Shown piece by piece: positions 50,549 through 60,386 of a DNA stretch of 64,000 nucleotides. Both the position numbers and the translations under genes were made by a program. This DNA is from a virus: the IMG/VR virus record IMGVR_UViG_3300008108_000036, one strand, 5' to 3'. The notes beneath the pieces are model-generated. The model saw only the letters and a program-made list of their open reading frames with translations, made no database searches and was not told the origin of the DNA. Each line of letters begins with the position of its first letter. The first letter of the stretch is position 1.

Positions 50549-52708
50549 ATGAGAATCATCACATCACCAGGCGTTCAAATCACAGAAAAAGATTTATCAT
50601 TAAAAGCCAACATGCCAGCCGGAACAAACATTTTAGTTTCTGGTTTTGCTAATCAGGGTCCAGTAAATGAACCAATCATGATTACATCAGCAACAGAATT
50701 CGAAAACGTATATGGCACACCAACAACACCAGCTGAAAGATATTTTTATTATACTTGTAAAGAAGTATTAAATTCTCCAGGAGTATTAACAACTCTTCGT
50801 TTACCTTATGGTGCAGGAGATGGATCAGAGGTTGCTGAAAATGTGCACACCGCTCTTTTTTATCCAATGATGGAAGAAACAATAGACGTAGACGGCAAAT
50901 TTGGATATCCTGTTGGTGCTGGAACAATAACTCAATGGAGAATTGGCAAACCAGTTGCGATGAATTTAACAGATGATGAATATGAACTAGCTCAAAAAGG
51001 AAACATTGATTGGGCAGAAACCTCCAACGGGAACACAGTCATTAAAGATAGCAATGGATATAATGCAGGGTTTGTGGTATTAAATGACGCTCATGCTGTA
51101 GTTAATGAAATGTCAGAAGGATATTACTTTGGACTTTGTGACAACCTTGCTGTTTTATCTTCAGATTCTCCTGACTTTGAATCAATTCAAAAAGCATGGA
51201 CTTTAAATGATGATACAGGAACTTTATATGACCTCCCAGAATCACGTTTAGATTTTCATTTAGCTGCAACAAAAGAAGATAGCGATAATGGAATAACCTC
51301 AGTTTCAGAATCACTAGAAAAAGTTGGTTTCGTTGGATATGAAACTCCTTCTTTTCACGATCACATTTCTTTAGGTCTCTTTAAAGTTAGACGCTCTACT
51401 GTAGATCCTTCTTTACTAACTTTAGGTACTACGGAAAGATATATTGGCTCATTTGACCTAAACAGACGAGTAGCTAATCAAAGAGGAGGTATGCCAGTAA
51501 GTTCTTTCTTAGAAGACATTATTAACAACGCTTCTCCAGCTTTTAAAATTTTCATTAATCCAAAAGTTTCTAATGATTTCGTTTGGTCTGTTGCAAGCAA
51601 GTCGGAGCCTACTGCAAGAATTGCCGTTGATGACGAAGCTAAAGCGTTATTTCCTGTAGGAACGTTTTCGCCTAACACTCGTGCTGCTGATGACGCCAAA
51701 ATAATTGGTGTTGTTCCAGGAAAGCTCGACAGAGCATTAAGAACTTTAGAAGCAATCGACGACGTAACAATCGATGTAGTAACAGACGGAGGTCTTTCAA
51801 CTATATATGCATGTACAGAGACTCCTGGAGTTGCATCATTTAATGACGAGACATACGTTGCCGATCCAAAAGCACCAGCTTTACTAGAAAATTGGCAGTC
51901 TGTTGCGAATATGTTAATAAATTTCTCGCAAAACATTCGTAAGGATTGCATGACAATCGTCGATCCGCTACGTCAAACATTCGTAAACGGAAGAGACTCC
52001 AAAACAATTGATTTAAAGTCTAAAACATTTACAGATGATATTTATTCACCTTTAAGAAAGCAAGCATCAATCGAATCCAATTATACAGCAATGTATGCAA
52101 ACTGGATTAAAATCAGCGATTTATTCACTGGAAGAAAACTTTGGGTTCCTTTCTCAGGATATGCAGCTGCTATTTATGCTAGAACAGATGCAGTCGAAAA
52201 TCCTTGGGCAGCTCCAGCTGGTATGACAAGAGGAACATTCCTCTGCTTAGATGTAGCTTTAAACCCAAATCAAAAGCAAAGAGATAGACTATATGAGATC
52301 GGAACAAACCCAGTCGTATTTTTTAACGGAGACGGTTATGTTGTAATGGGACAAAAAACACTACAAAAGAAACCTTCAGCATTTGATCGCGTAAACGTTC
52401 GTAGATTATTCTTATTCTTAGAACGCGCAGTTCAAAGAACCGTTAAATACTTTGTGTTTGAACCAAACACAGACTTAACAAGAGCTCGTGTAAAAGCAGT
52501 TATAGATCCAATTTTTGCATATGCAAAATATTCACAAGGATTATATGACTATATGATTGTAGTAGACTCTAGAAATAACACTCCTGATACAATTGATCAA
52601 AACGAGCTTATTGTGGACATCTACATCAAACCAGTTAGAACTGCTGAATTTATCTTAGTAAACTTCATTGCAACACGCACTGGACAGAACTTCACAGAAT
52701 TAGTTTAA
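50549..52708 (+). CDS. gp18: tail sheath protein gp18
   Basis: SPGVQITEKDLS, GPVNEP, PWAAPAG..RG, GQKTL, FDRVNVRRLF, FEPN, IYIKP. Confidence 0.96.
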   Translation: MRIITSPGVQITEKDLSLKANMPAGTNILVSGFANQGPVNEPIMITSATEFENVYGTPTTPAERYFYYTCKEVLNSPGVLTTLRLPYGAGDGSEVAENVHTALFYPMMEETIDVDGKFGYPVGAGTITQWRIGKPVAMNLTDDEYELAQKGNIDWAETSNGNTVIKDSNGYNAGFVVLNDAHAVVNEMSEGYYFGLCDNLAVLSSDSPDFESIQKAWTLNDDTGTLYDLPESRLDFHLAATKEDSDNGITSVSESLEKVGFVGYETPSFHDHISLGLFKVRRSTVDPSLLTLGTTERYIGSFDLNRRVANQRGGMPVSSFLEDIINNASPAFKIFINPKVSNDFVWSVASKSEPTARIAVDDEAKALFPVGTFSPNTRAADDAKIIGVVPGKLDRALRTLEAIDDVTIDVVTDGGLSTIYACTETPGVASFNDETYVADPKAPALLENWQSVANMLINFSQNIRKDCMTIVDPLRQTFVNGRDSKTIDLKSKTFTDDIYSPLRKQASIESNYTAMYANWIKISDLFTGRKLWVPFSGYAAAIYARTDAVENPWAAPAGMTRGTFLCLDVALNPNQKQRDRLYEIGTNPVVFFNGDGYVVMGQKTLQKKPSAFDRVNVRRLFLFLERAVQRTVKYFVFEPNTDLTRARVKAVIDPIFAYAKYSQGLYDYMIVVDSRNNTPDTIDQNELIVDIYIKPVRTAEFILVNFIATRTGQNFTELV

Positions 52709-52753
52709 TCAACTTAACCCGTCAAATATAACAATCAACAATAAATAAAATAT

Positions 52754-53398
52754 ATGGCATCCTCAACTAAAAGAAATTTAACAGACTTCTACGACAATGC
52801 AATCAGAAGAGATTTCGCGAGAGTTTTTCAGTTCTCTCTTCTGCAAATCGGCAATACAAGCTTTCTTGATGACGATCAATTAGTATACGTAGAAACAGCA
52901 GCATTACCAGGAAAATCAATCAACAACGTTGCTGTTCCTTACATGGGTCTTCAATTTAACGTTCCTGGCACAATATCGTATCCAGGATCTGACTCATATA
53001 ATATTCAGTTCCGTTGCGATGCTGATTATCAAATACGTGGTCAGCTCGAAGAAGCTCTCAGACAAGTTTGGGACGACAACACATCAACTGGCGAATACGG
53101 AATCCCAAGCACTGCTAGTATTATGTCTTTAGCATTATATGACAAAGGCTCTAAATTTACCGACGATAGGAAAAACATTCGTCAGTATGACTTTTATGGA
53201 ATGTATGTCAAAACTCTTAGCGACGCTCAATACGACATTAAAGATAATGGAGCAATCGTAACGATTACTGCAACCATTGCATATCAATACTGGAGAGTAA
53301 CGGGCGGTTCCAACAGCACAGCAGAGAACAGAGCAAGTAACATTGCTGCACCACTTCCTTCCCTCCGCAATCAAGTCAGTCCTCAACCAACTGCTTAA
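52754..53398 (+). CDS. gp19: tail tube protein gp19
   Basis: AALPG, VPYMG, PG...Y, TIAYQYW; follows the sheath; ATAAATA at 52741. Confidence 0.85.
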   Translation: MASSTKRNLTDFYDNAIRRDFARVFQFSLLQIGNTSFLDDDQLVYVETAALPGKSINNVAVPYMGLQFNVPGTISYPGSDSYNIQFRCDADYQIRGQLEEALRQVWDDNTSTGEYGIPSTASIMSLALYDKGSKFTDDRKNIRQYDFYGMYVKTLSDAQYDIKDNGAIVTITATIAYQYWRVTGGSNSTAENRASNIAAPLPSLRNQVSPQPTA

Positions 53399-53423
53399 TA
53401 CACCATATATTATATATAAAATT

Positions 53424-53456
53424 AAAAAGACCCGGAAATACCGGGTCTTTTTTTTT
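53424..53456 (+). terminator. Rho-independent terminator
   Basis: AAAAAGACCCGG-AAATA-CCGGGTCTTTTT followed by a T-run. Confidence 0.9.
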
Positions 53457-53457
53457 G

Positions 53458-53485
53458 TTGAAATGTTTACTCTCTCTAGTATAGT
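53458..53485 (+). promoter_or_regulatory. sigma70-like promoter
   Basis: TTGAAA-N16-TATAGT. Confidence 0.6.
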
Positions 53486-53491
53486 CTTAAT

Positions 53492-53845
53492 GTGAAAAAA
53501 GTTATAAAGCCGGCCGAAAGAGAGGAAAGCGTTCACTACTCTGATGTTTCAGGAAAAATGTTTGGAGAATGTGGTCCGTCTGTAGAAGTTAAAATTGAAT
53601 TTAATTACGAATCTGCACATGATGGTTCTTCATTAGTCTTTCATCTAACAGATGAAGAAGTTCTAGAATGGCTAAAAGAGTTAAAGCCTAAGCTAAACGA
53701 AAATTATAAAAGCACTCTTCAAGCTCAATTAAAAAAAGAAGAACAAAAATATGACGATAGCGTACAGAGTAGAGACTGGATGAGCTGCAATTATTATCAC
53801 AATTCGTCAGAATTGCTGCACTTTATGTTAGACCTCCATGAATAA
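53492..53845 (+). CDS. hypothetical protein
   Basis: 117 aa, GTG start. Confidence 0.55.
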   Translation: MKKVIKPAEREESVHYSDVSGKMFGECGPSVEVKIEFNYESAHDGSSLVFHLTDEEVLEWLKELKPKLNENYKSTLQAQLKKEEQKYDDSVQSRDWMSCNYYHNSSELLHFMLDLHE

Positions 53846-54743
53846 AAATATATTAATTTTAGGCAAAGGATATATTGGCACATATTTAGCTTCATACCTA
53901 AAATCCAACAATAACAATGTAGTCCATATATCCAAATCAGATTTAGATTACACTAACCCAGCAAACTTTGAGCTTTTGCTTAAAAAGCACAATGAAACAT
54001 ATCATGGCAGAATTGATTGGGTAATAAACTGCTCAGCGTATACTGGCAATCCAAGCATAGATAGCTGTGAAGATCATAAAGAAGATTGCTTCAATTACAA
54101 TGTCTTAGTCCCCTTGCACCTAACTAAGGTGTGTAATAACATAAACATACCAATAATACATTTTTCTACAGGATGTTTATATGAAGGTTATGAAAAAATT
54201 TTTACCGAACAAGATGTGCCTAATCTTGGTATAGATTGTTACGGTTCTTCATTCTATTCTAAAACTAAAGATTGTTTTGAAAGATTATCTAGTTCTATGC
54301 AAAGGCATATTTTCAGAATTAGACTGCCTTTTAACGGGGTTTATGAACCAAAAAACTACTTATTTAAACTCATAAACTATGATAACATAACTTCAAATCA
54401 AAACTCTATAACATGCGTTGATGATCTGTTAGTATTTGTGGACAAATTTACAGACTTATCAGACAAACTCCCACAAACTGGAATTTATAATGTAGTAAAT
54501 ACAGGGTCAGTTGACAATTTTACCGTGTTAGACATGCTTAAAGAACGAGGTATTTCAAACAAAAAATGGAAATTTATTTCTGAATTAGAACTTAATCTTA
54601 AAGCAAAACGAAGTAACTGCATCATTTCTACTGAAAAAATTAAGTTGCTTAATTTAGAATTACCGTCTGTTACAACTAGTTTAAAAAAATCTATAGATTT
54701 AATATATAAACAGTGGACCAAACTGAATAAGGGAGTAAAGTAA
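53838..54743 (+). CDS. NAD(P)-dependent sugar-nucleotide reductase/epimerase (RmlD-like)
   Basis: ILGKGYIG, VINCSAYTG.P.ID.CE, STGCLY, YSKTK, IRLP, YNVVN. Confidence 0.85.
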   Translation: MNKNILILGKGYIGTYLASYLKSNNNNVVHISKSDLDYTNPANFELLLKKHNETYHGRIDWVINCSAYTGNPSIDSCEDHKEDCFNYNVLVPLHLTKVCNNINIPIIHFSTGCLYEGYEKIFTEQDVPNLGIDCYGSSFYSKTKDCFERLSSSMQRHIFRIRLPFNGVYEPKNYLFKLINYDNITSNQNSITCVDDLLVFVDKFTDLSDKLPQTGIYNVVNTGSVDNFTVLDMLKERGISNKKWKFISELELNLKAKRSNCIISTEKIKLLNLELPSVTTSLKKSIDLIYKQWTKLNKGVK

Positions 54744-54748
54744 TTTTT

Positions 54749-55351
54749 ATGGGAATGTTCGACTACATTAATTGCAAATATCCTTTGCCTGTACCGCAAG
54801 AGTTGCTGGGTTTAAATGTAGATTGGTCTTCTAAGGAATTTCAAACAAAAGATTTAGAAAATTATTTAGGAAATTATGTAATATCAGAAGACGGTCAGCT
54901 CTTAGAACACATTGAAGAGAAAGAATACATTCCTTACACAGAAGAGGAAAGAAAAGCTAAAGGAGCCAAATCCTGGGATTTTTGGAAAGATGTTGTAACT
55001 AAGAATGTATATGACAAAAAAATTGAACATCACGGCACAATTAGCTTTTATACGGACGTGAGCATTACAGATGAAGAAGATGCATTTGTAGATTTTCGGG
55101 CATATTTCATTTATGGTAAATTAGATAAAATTGATTTTATTAACATGCAAAAGACTAAATCATCTTCAGTTAGAATGCATGAATGGGACAAAAAAAGAGA
55201 AGAAGAAAAATCTAAATTGTGGTTTAAAACAAAATCAGTTCTATCATATCTCGGATGGAAATGGTTTTGGAAAAAAGTCGCAAACGTTAGCTATAAAATC
55301 TCTAGAATGTTCTCTTCAATTCAATATTTTATTACAAGATATTTTATTTAA
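54749..55351 (+). CDS. conserved phage hypothetical protein (MGMFD family)
   Basis: MGMFDYI.C, FQTKDL, G.I.FY, F..GKL. Confidence 0.65.
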   Translation: MGMFDYINCKYPLPVPQELLGLNVDWSSKEFQTKDLENYLGNYVISEDGQLLEHIEEKEYIPYTEEERKAKGAKSWDFWKDVVTKNVYDKKIEHHGTISFYTDVSITDEEDAFVDFRAYFIYGKLDKIDFINMQKTKSSSVRMHEWDKKREEEKSKLWFKTKSVLSYLGWKWFWKKVANVSYKISRMFSSIQYFITRYFI

Positions 55352-55354
55352 ATT

Positions 55355-55573
55355 ATGAATTGTATTTCAGAACATTCCCAAGGTTCAATTAAATTTGTTT
55401 ACTACAATGCTGGACAAAGCTTTTCTGAGTTAAGTTCTCCAGAAACAAAAATTTGCTACGAAATAAATGCAGAATGCAATTTAACAGAAGCTTGTAAGGC
55501 GTTTGAGAATTTTTTGCTTGCATGCGGATTTAGATTAAATGAAGGGGAGACATTAAAAATAACAACCGAATAA
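55355..55573 (+). CDS. hypothetical protein
   Basis: FENFLLACGF motif. Confidence 0.55.
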   Translation: MNCISEHSQGSIKFVYYNAGQSFSELSSPETKICYEINAECNLTEACKAFENFLLACGFRLNEGETLKITTE

Positions 55574-55575
55574 AT

Positions 55576-55857
55576 ATGATAAAAAAAACAGTACAACGCT
55601 CTGAAGAATGTTTTGTTCAATTTACTGAAGATGAACTAGCTCAATTAAACATTAAAGCTGGAGACAAATTTTCTTGTGAGATTGATGATGGAGGAATTCT
55701 TCTTAAAAAATATGCAACATTAGATTTAGACATCTCAGAATGGTCTAGAAATGTATTAGAAATGTTGATAGCAGAGTCAGTTGAACAAGACGTATCGGTA
55801 AATGAAGTTATTTGTAATATTGTTAGTAAATTTATAAAGGAGTCTGATGTCAAGTGA
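55576..55857 (+). CDS. AbrB/MazE-like DNA-binding protein
   Basis: VQF.EDELAQLNIKAGDKFS.EI.DGGILLKK. Confidence 0.6.
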   Translation: MIKKTVQRSEECFVQFTEDELAQLNIKAGDKFSCEIDDGGILLKKYATLDLDISEWSRNVLEMLIAESVEQDVSVNEVICNIVSKFIKESDVK

Positions 55858-56137
55858 TGAGATTAGAGGGTACAAGCCTTTATTTGAGTTAGGAGTCTAT
55901 GAAGACGTTCATCCTGCAGTAAAAGTAATCGATGAGTGCGATATTTGTCCTGGAGTATTAGCGTCATTTGTTACAGTATTGTTTGAAACTGTAATGCGCT
56001 CTGTTCCTGATAATAAACAAATAGAATTCGAGGAACGCTTTAATGAAGCTCTTGAAGTCTTAATGAAAGAACGTTTTAACTATGACGTTTCAATTAAATA
56101 TCCAGACGACGTAGAAGATGACGAAGAGGATGAATGA
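55847..56137 (+). CDS. acidic hypothetical protein
   Basis: 96 aa, overlapping neighbours. Confidence 0.5.
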   Translation: MSSDEIRGYKPLFELGVYEDVHPAVKVIDECDICPGVLASFVTVLFETVMRSVPDNKQIEFEERFNEALEVLMKERFNYDVSIKYPDDVEDDEEDE

Positions 56138-56552
56138 TAAATCTTCTAGAATTTCGTGGGAAGAATATGCATTAAGGATTGCAGAAGTTGGTGCTTTAAG
56201 AAGTGAGGATCCTTACGTTAAAGTAGGAGCTTGTGCATTAGATTTTTCTAATAGGGTAATCGGAGTAGCTTATAATGGGCTAGCTAGCGGAATTGTTCAG
56301 ACTAATGATTTTTGGAACAATAGAGATTGCAGAAGACCTTTTGTTATACATGCTGAAGTAAATTTGTTATCTTTAGTAAAAAGAGGGGAATGCCGAATTT
56401 TAGCATGTACTTTGCTTCCTTGCTCGAGCTGCGCTGCTATGATTTCGTCTTACAACATCCAAAAGGTAGTATATAGAGACGTATATCACAGAGATACTAA
56501 AGCGTTTGAAATTTTTCGATTTAACGGCATTGAATGCCAGCAAATTTGTTAA
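56118..56552 (+). CDS. dCMP deaminase
   Basis: RSEDP..KVGAC, YNG, HAEVN, PCSSC. Confidence 0.9.
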   Translation: MTKRMNDKSSRISWEEYALRIAEVGALRSEDPYVKVGACALDFSNRVIGVAYNGLASGIVQTNDFWNNRDCRRPFVIHAEVNLLSLVKRGECRILACTLLPCSSCAAMISSYNIQKVVYRDVYHRDTKAFEIFRFNGIECQQIC

Positions 56553-56567
56553 TTAACCTTACGATCG

Positions 56568-57065
56568 TTAACGTCCGATGTTAACTCTTAATGCTCCCAT
56601 AATTTCTTCTGGGTGTTCATTTTGAACCACTTTTAGTACAAGCTTAAGAGTGGGTTCGTCGAAAATATTACGCTCAGAATATGTTTTGATGAATTCTTTT
56701 AACTCATTAGCGTTTAATTTTGAATATCTATAAGGAACTTCAAGGTCAAATTTTTCCTCAATTGCTCTAATAAGATCTAAGATTTCATCTCTTGAAACTC
56801 CACTATAAAACCTGTTTGTTCTTGCAACTGATACGTTTTTAGCTGGTAAATTTGTTGTCTCCTCAGTTTCTTGAGGCAAGCTTTGCTCATTAACTTTTTT
56901 TAACTGAGCTTCAACTAATTCAATAAACGGAGTTTTTTCTTCTTCTATAATTGCACCAGCAAAAGGAGATTGTTTAATAAGTTGAATGTCTTCTGAAGTT
57001 AACGTTTCTTTGTTACCAAAGACATAAATTTCAGCTAATTCTCTTGCTTTTCTGTGATTATTCAT
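56568..57065 (-). CDS. hypothetical protein, third gene of the VWA/AAA cluster
   Basis: 165 aa; ELAE leader; internal PFIELVEAQLKKVNE. Confidence 0.6.
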   Translation of the reverse strand: MNNHRKARELAEIYVFGNKETLTSEDIQLIKQSPFAGAIIEEEKTPFIELVEAQLKKVNEQSLPQETEETTNLPAKNVSVARTNRFYSGVSRDEILDLIRAIEEKFDLEVPYRYSKLNANELKEFIKTYSERNIFDEPTLKLVLKVVQNEHPEEIMGALRVNIGR

Positions 57066-57077
57066 ATATTTTATCTT

Positions 57078-58541
57078 TTATCTTTTTAAAACTTTTTTAA
57101 TTCTTGGTAAGGAATCTTCAGCAAAAGTTTTTTTAACTTTTGAATCATAATCTCCTCTTAATAAGAAGGTCATCATTTTATCTAATTGTTCAACAGTAAA
57201 ATCTTTTTTAAAGTGTGAAAATAAATTAGTTTTCCACTCATCTTTAAACGCATTTGTTATTTTAGCAATTCCTATTAAAACCCCTTGATCTGACTCAGAT
57301 AGTTCTTCGGTTTTTTCAGCTCTTACTAAAACAGGCTTTAATTTAGCTAAAACAAACATCAATAAAGCATGGAGTTTATCTCGATCAGTTTTTTGCAAAG
57401 ATTCATCTTCTGCAGAGCTAACTATTGCAGCATAATCAAACGATTTAAAATGCTTCATGAAAGCATCAAATGCTCTAGCCCAAACATCTCCACATAATCC
57501 AGCAGCACTTTGTTTGATTGCGACAATCTTAGGAGTTTGAATTGGCATTCCTTGAGCTTTAGCTTCTTGATAATGCTGATCAATATTTCTAATTTTTTGC
57601 GATAAATTCATGATAGCTCTAGGAGAAGCCCATTGTTTATGAGTTTCAGCTCCAGCAAATCCACCTGAAGGCTTTGGATTAAAGTTTTCTTCTGGGTGAG
57701 ATTTTACAAATGCTATAATTCTTTTATCAACTCCAGACTTTTCTGCATAGTCTAACCATTGCTCAGCATCAGCTATTAGGATACCTTGGTCGAAACGATT
57801 CGTAAAAGCAAACGGTAAAGGATTTCCGCCAAATTCAGCTCCCAAGTTACCAGCAGCTACGACCGCAAAATCATCAGATAAAGTAATGTTTCCTACTTTT
57901 TTATCTACAATTTTGTACAAAGCTTTAATCATAGCATCTGATGCATTATTGCATTCATCTAAAAATAAAATACCATCAGCTGTAGGTTGAGCCATAACAT
58001 AAAGCCATTTAGGCATTTGAGTCTCCAACCATTCATCTTTCTTTGACATATCTGGAATGCCTGCTAAGTCTGTTGGATCTAAAGAATCAGCTCGTACGTC
58101 AATGTAAAGAAAATATTTAGAAGGATCTTTAATGATTTCTCTTTGCTTTTCATTGGAAATCTTATCCCAATCAACGGCTATTTTTCCTTTTGCTTTGCCC
58201 ATTGATAGTGTAAACGACTGTACCATTTGACTTTTACCAATACCAGGATCGCCGTAAATTAAAAGAGGCTTTTTAGTTCTGTATGCTAACGATATAAAAT
58301 CATGCATTCTCATGTAATCCCAAGAAGGCAAACCAGTCTTTTGGTCTGTTTCTACTACAGTACCTTCATCCCATTCCATATCTTGAAATGCTGGATCTAT
58401 CTCATCATTTAAATCTTCAATCGTGCTGTCTGCAGCTTGCTTAATGTCGTCAGCAATTTGATCTTTTTTTGACGCTTCAGATAGGAGAAGATCTTTATAC
58501 AACTTAGTAAAACTTCCCTTTTTAATGTTTTTCAATTCCAT
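57078..58541 (-). CDS. MoxR-like AAA+ ATPase
   Basis: GDPGIGKS, DLAGIP, LFLDECN, AAGN, NRF, SPRA. Confidence 0.88.
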   Translation of the reverse strand: MELKNIKKGSFTKLYKDLLLSEASKKDQIADDIKQAADSTIEDLNDEIDPAFQDMEWDEGTVVETDQKTGLPSWDYMRMHDFISLAYRTKKPLLIYGDPGIGKSQMVQSFTLSMGKAKGKIAVDWDKISNEKQREIIKDPSKYFLYIDVRADSLDPTDLAGIPDMSKKDEWLETQMPKWLYVMAQPTADGILFLDECNNASDAMIKALYKIVDKKVGNITLSDDFAVVAAGNLGAEFGGNPLPFAFTNRFDQGILIADAEQWLDYAEKSGVDKRIIAFVKSHPEENFNPKPSGGFAGAETHKQWASPRAIMNLSQKIRNIDQHYQEAKAQGMPIQTPKIVAIKQSAAGLCGDVWARAFDAFMKHFKSFDYAAIVSSAEDESLQKTDRDKLHALLMFVLAKLKPVLVRAEKTEELSESDQGVLIGIAKITNAFKDEWKTNLFSHFKKDFTVEQLDKMMTFLLRGDYDSKVKKTFAEDSLPRIKKVLKR

Positions 58542-58569
58542 AGGATTATTTATTTATTTTGAGCTAATT

Positions 58570-60369
58570 TTAATGGTACACATCAATTTCATGCACTGGT
58601 CCAAATTTATCTAGAGGAGACTTTGATCCCTTTTCTACAATTAAAAAGAGTTTGTTTTTAATATTAGGAAGATCAGGATTACTTTCTATATAACCGTCAG
58701 TAAATACAATAAATCCATTAAATTTCTTTACTGGATACTTTTTATCCAAATAATGTTTTACTGAAGACAATGTTGTACCTCCACCTTCATAGGGCAAATT
58801 TTGTAAAGCTTGTAAAATCTGCTGAGAATTAGTTTTAGATGAATCTATGTCTATATCACCATAAACTTCACTATGCCACAAAATAACCTTCATTTTTACT
58901 TTAGGATAAGCTTTTATAACATTCAACAATTCTGAAACAAATAAAGCAATCACATTTTCTGAAATAGAACCACTAGTATCCAAAGCCACTACAGTTTCAA
59001 TTTTGGTTGATTCGTTTCTTACTCCAGGAGCATAATATCCAGCAGCAAATGCTCTTTTTTTAGGCCTCATCCAAGTAGGACGTGTTTTTTCCATTCCTAC
59101 TACAAAATTTCTTAATAGTTGCTTCCAATTTGTCTTTGTTTCAAAGACTTGTTTGCTTAAAGATCTCGGACCTCCCTTACCTAAACCTCTTGAAGCGATT
59201 GCTGTTAAAGTTGATTGAACTTTGTCTTTAACCTTAGATTCAGCATTTTTTCCACCATCTGGCTTATAGTCAGGATCATCTGTTGGAGTATCTAAAGGAG
59301 TAGGAGCTTGTTCTCCTTGAGTAATATGCTTATCAAAACTTTCTCTTTTTTTTGCTATTTGGTCAATAATGTCCGACAAATTACCTTTGATCTTAGCTTC
59401 ACCTTGATTTTTTTTGCTGTTCTTTTTTTCTTGTTCACTGTCGCCGCTATCTTCTATTTTTACTTTAGCATTTTTATCTAAAGCATAATCCTCACCTTCC
59501 TTGCAATCAGAATCTCCACCTTTTTTTAAAGTAATTTCTCCTGAAAGTATTGGCATAACATCAGTAGAAGGAACTCCAGTTGCTAATGATTCAGTTTTAA
59601 TGTCGTCCCAATCTATATCAAGAATTTGTTTTCCAGGCTGGTTTCCCTTTACAGCTTTAACCGTTCCGTCTCTTCCGTCGACCTTTGAACGTACTCGGTC
59701 ACCAACTTGGTATACTTTCTTTTTAGGATCTTCTCCTTCTTGTTTTGGATCCTTTTTCTTATTTTTATTATCTTTATCTATAGCTTTTTCTAGTTCGTCA
59801 TATAATCCTTCAGCACTCATGTCTGTTATATCAACTTCAAGAATCGTAGCATTTGTTGTAGGATCTTTTAAAATAGCAAAATATGAATCTCCTCGTTTTT
59901 CCGGAATCAAACCACCTTTAGGAAGTTGCATGTTCATCTCGATTAGATCTTTATTCATTACAAAATCCGTAGCTATATTCCACTTATTCATGTCTCTAGT
60001 CTTTTGTCTGAAAAACGAAAGAGTCATGATGTGCAAACATTCGTGAGCCAACACCCCTAAAGTTTCTTCTTCTGACATGCTTAACGTAAATTTTGGATTC
60101 ATGTAAATGTTACCAAAATCATCAACAGCCATGGTAGGTAAATCATTAGTAGGAACAGTTTTAAGCTTAGCTAACAAAATTCCAAACCAAGGATAATCTC
60201 TATAAAGTATTGTTTTGCACCGAGTCAAACGGAAATCAAATTCTTTAAATAAATTTTCATCCATCATTGTTGAAGAATTTTGTTCTTGCTGATTAGCCGT
60301 TTCTTCAGAAATAAGCACCTTGTTTTTATATACAGCAAAGATACTTTCATCGAGATTTTTAAAATACAT
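58570..60369 (-). CDS. HExxH metallopeptidase-VWA protein (DUF2201-like)
   Basis: PTMAVD, LAHECLH, WNIATD; MIDAS LDTSGSI, GGGT, FTDG. Confidence 0.88.
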   Translation of the reverse strand: MYFKNLDESIFAVYKNKVLISEETANQQEQNSSTMMDENLFKEFDFRLTRCKTILYRDYPWFGILLAKLKTVPTNDLPTMAVDDFGNIYMNPKFTLSMSEEETLGVLAHECLHIMTLSFFRQKTRDMNKWNIATDFVMNKDLIEMNMQLPKGGLIPEKRGDSYFAILKDPTTNATILEVDITDMSAEGLYDELEKAIDKDNKNKKKDPKQEGEDPKKKVYQVGDRVRSKVDGRDGTVKAVKGNQPGKQILDIDWDDIKTESLATGVPSTDVMPILSGEITLKKGGDSDCKEGEDYALDKNAKVKIEDSGDSEQEKKNSKKNQGEAKIKGNLSDIIDQIAKKRESFDKHITQGEQAPTPLDTPTDDPDYKPDGGKNAESKVKDKVQSTLTAIASRGLGKGGPRSLSKQVFETKTNWKQLLRNFVVGMEKTRPTWMRPKKRAFAAGYYAPGVRNESTKIETVVALDTSGSISENVIALFVSELLNVIKAYPKVKMKVILWHSEVYGDIDIDSSKTNSQQILQALQNLPYEGGGTTLSSVKHYLDKKYPVKKFNGFIVFTDGYIESNPDLPNIKNKLFLIVEKGSKSPLDKFGPVHEIDVYH

Positions 60370-60386
60370 ATTGATAATTATTCTAA

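Noticed and set aside
55576-56137. AbrB/MazE-like gene as a toxin-antitoxin pair
   Set aside because: The downstream ORF shows no MazF, PIN or RelE features
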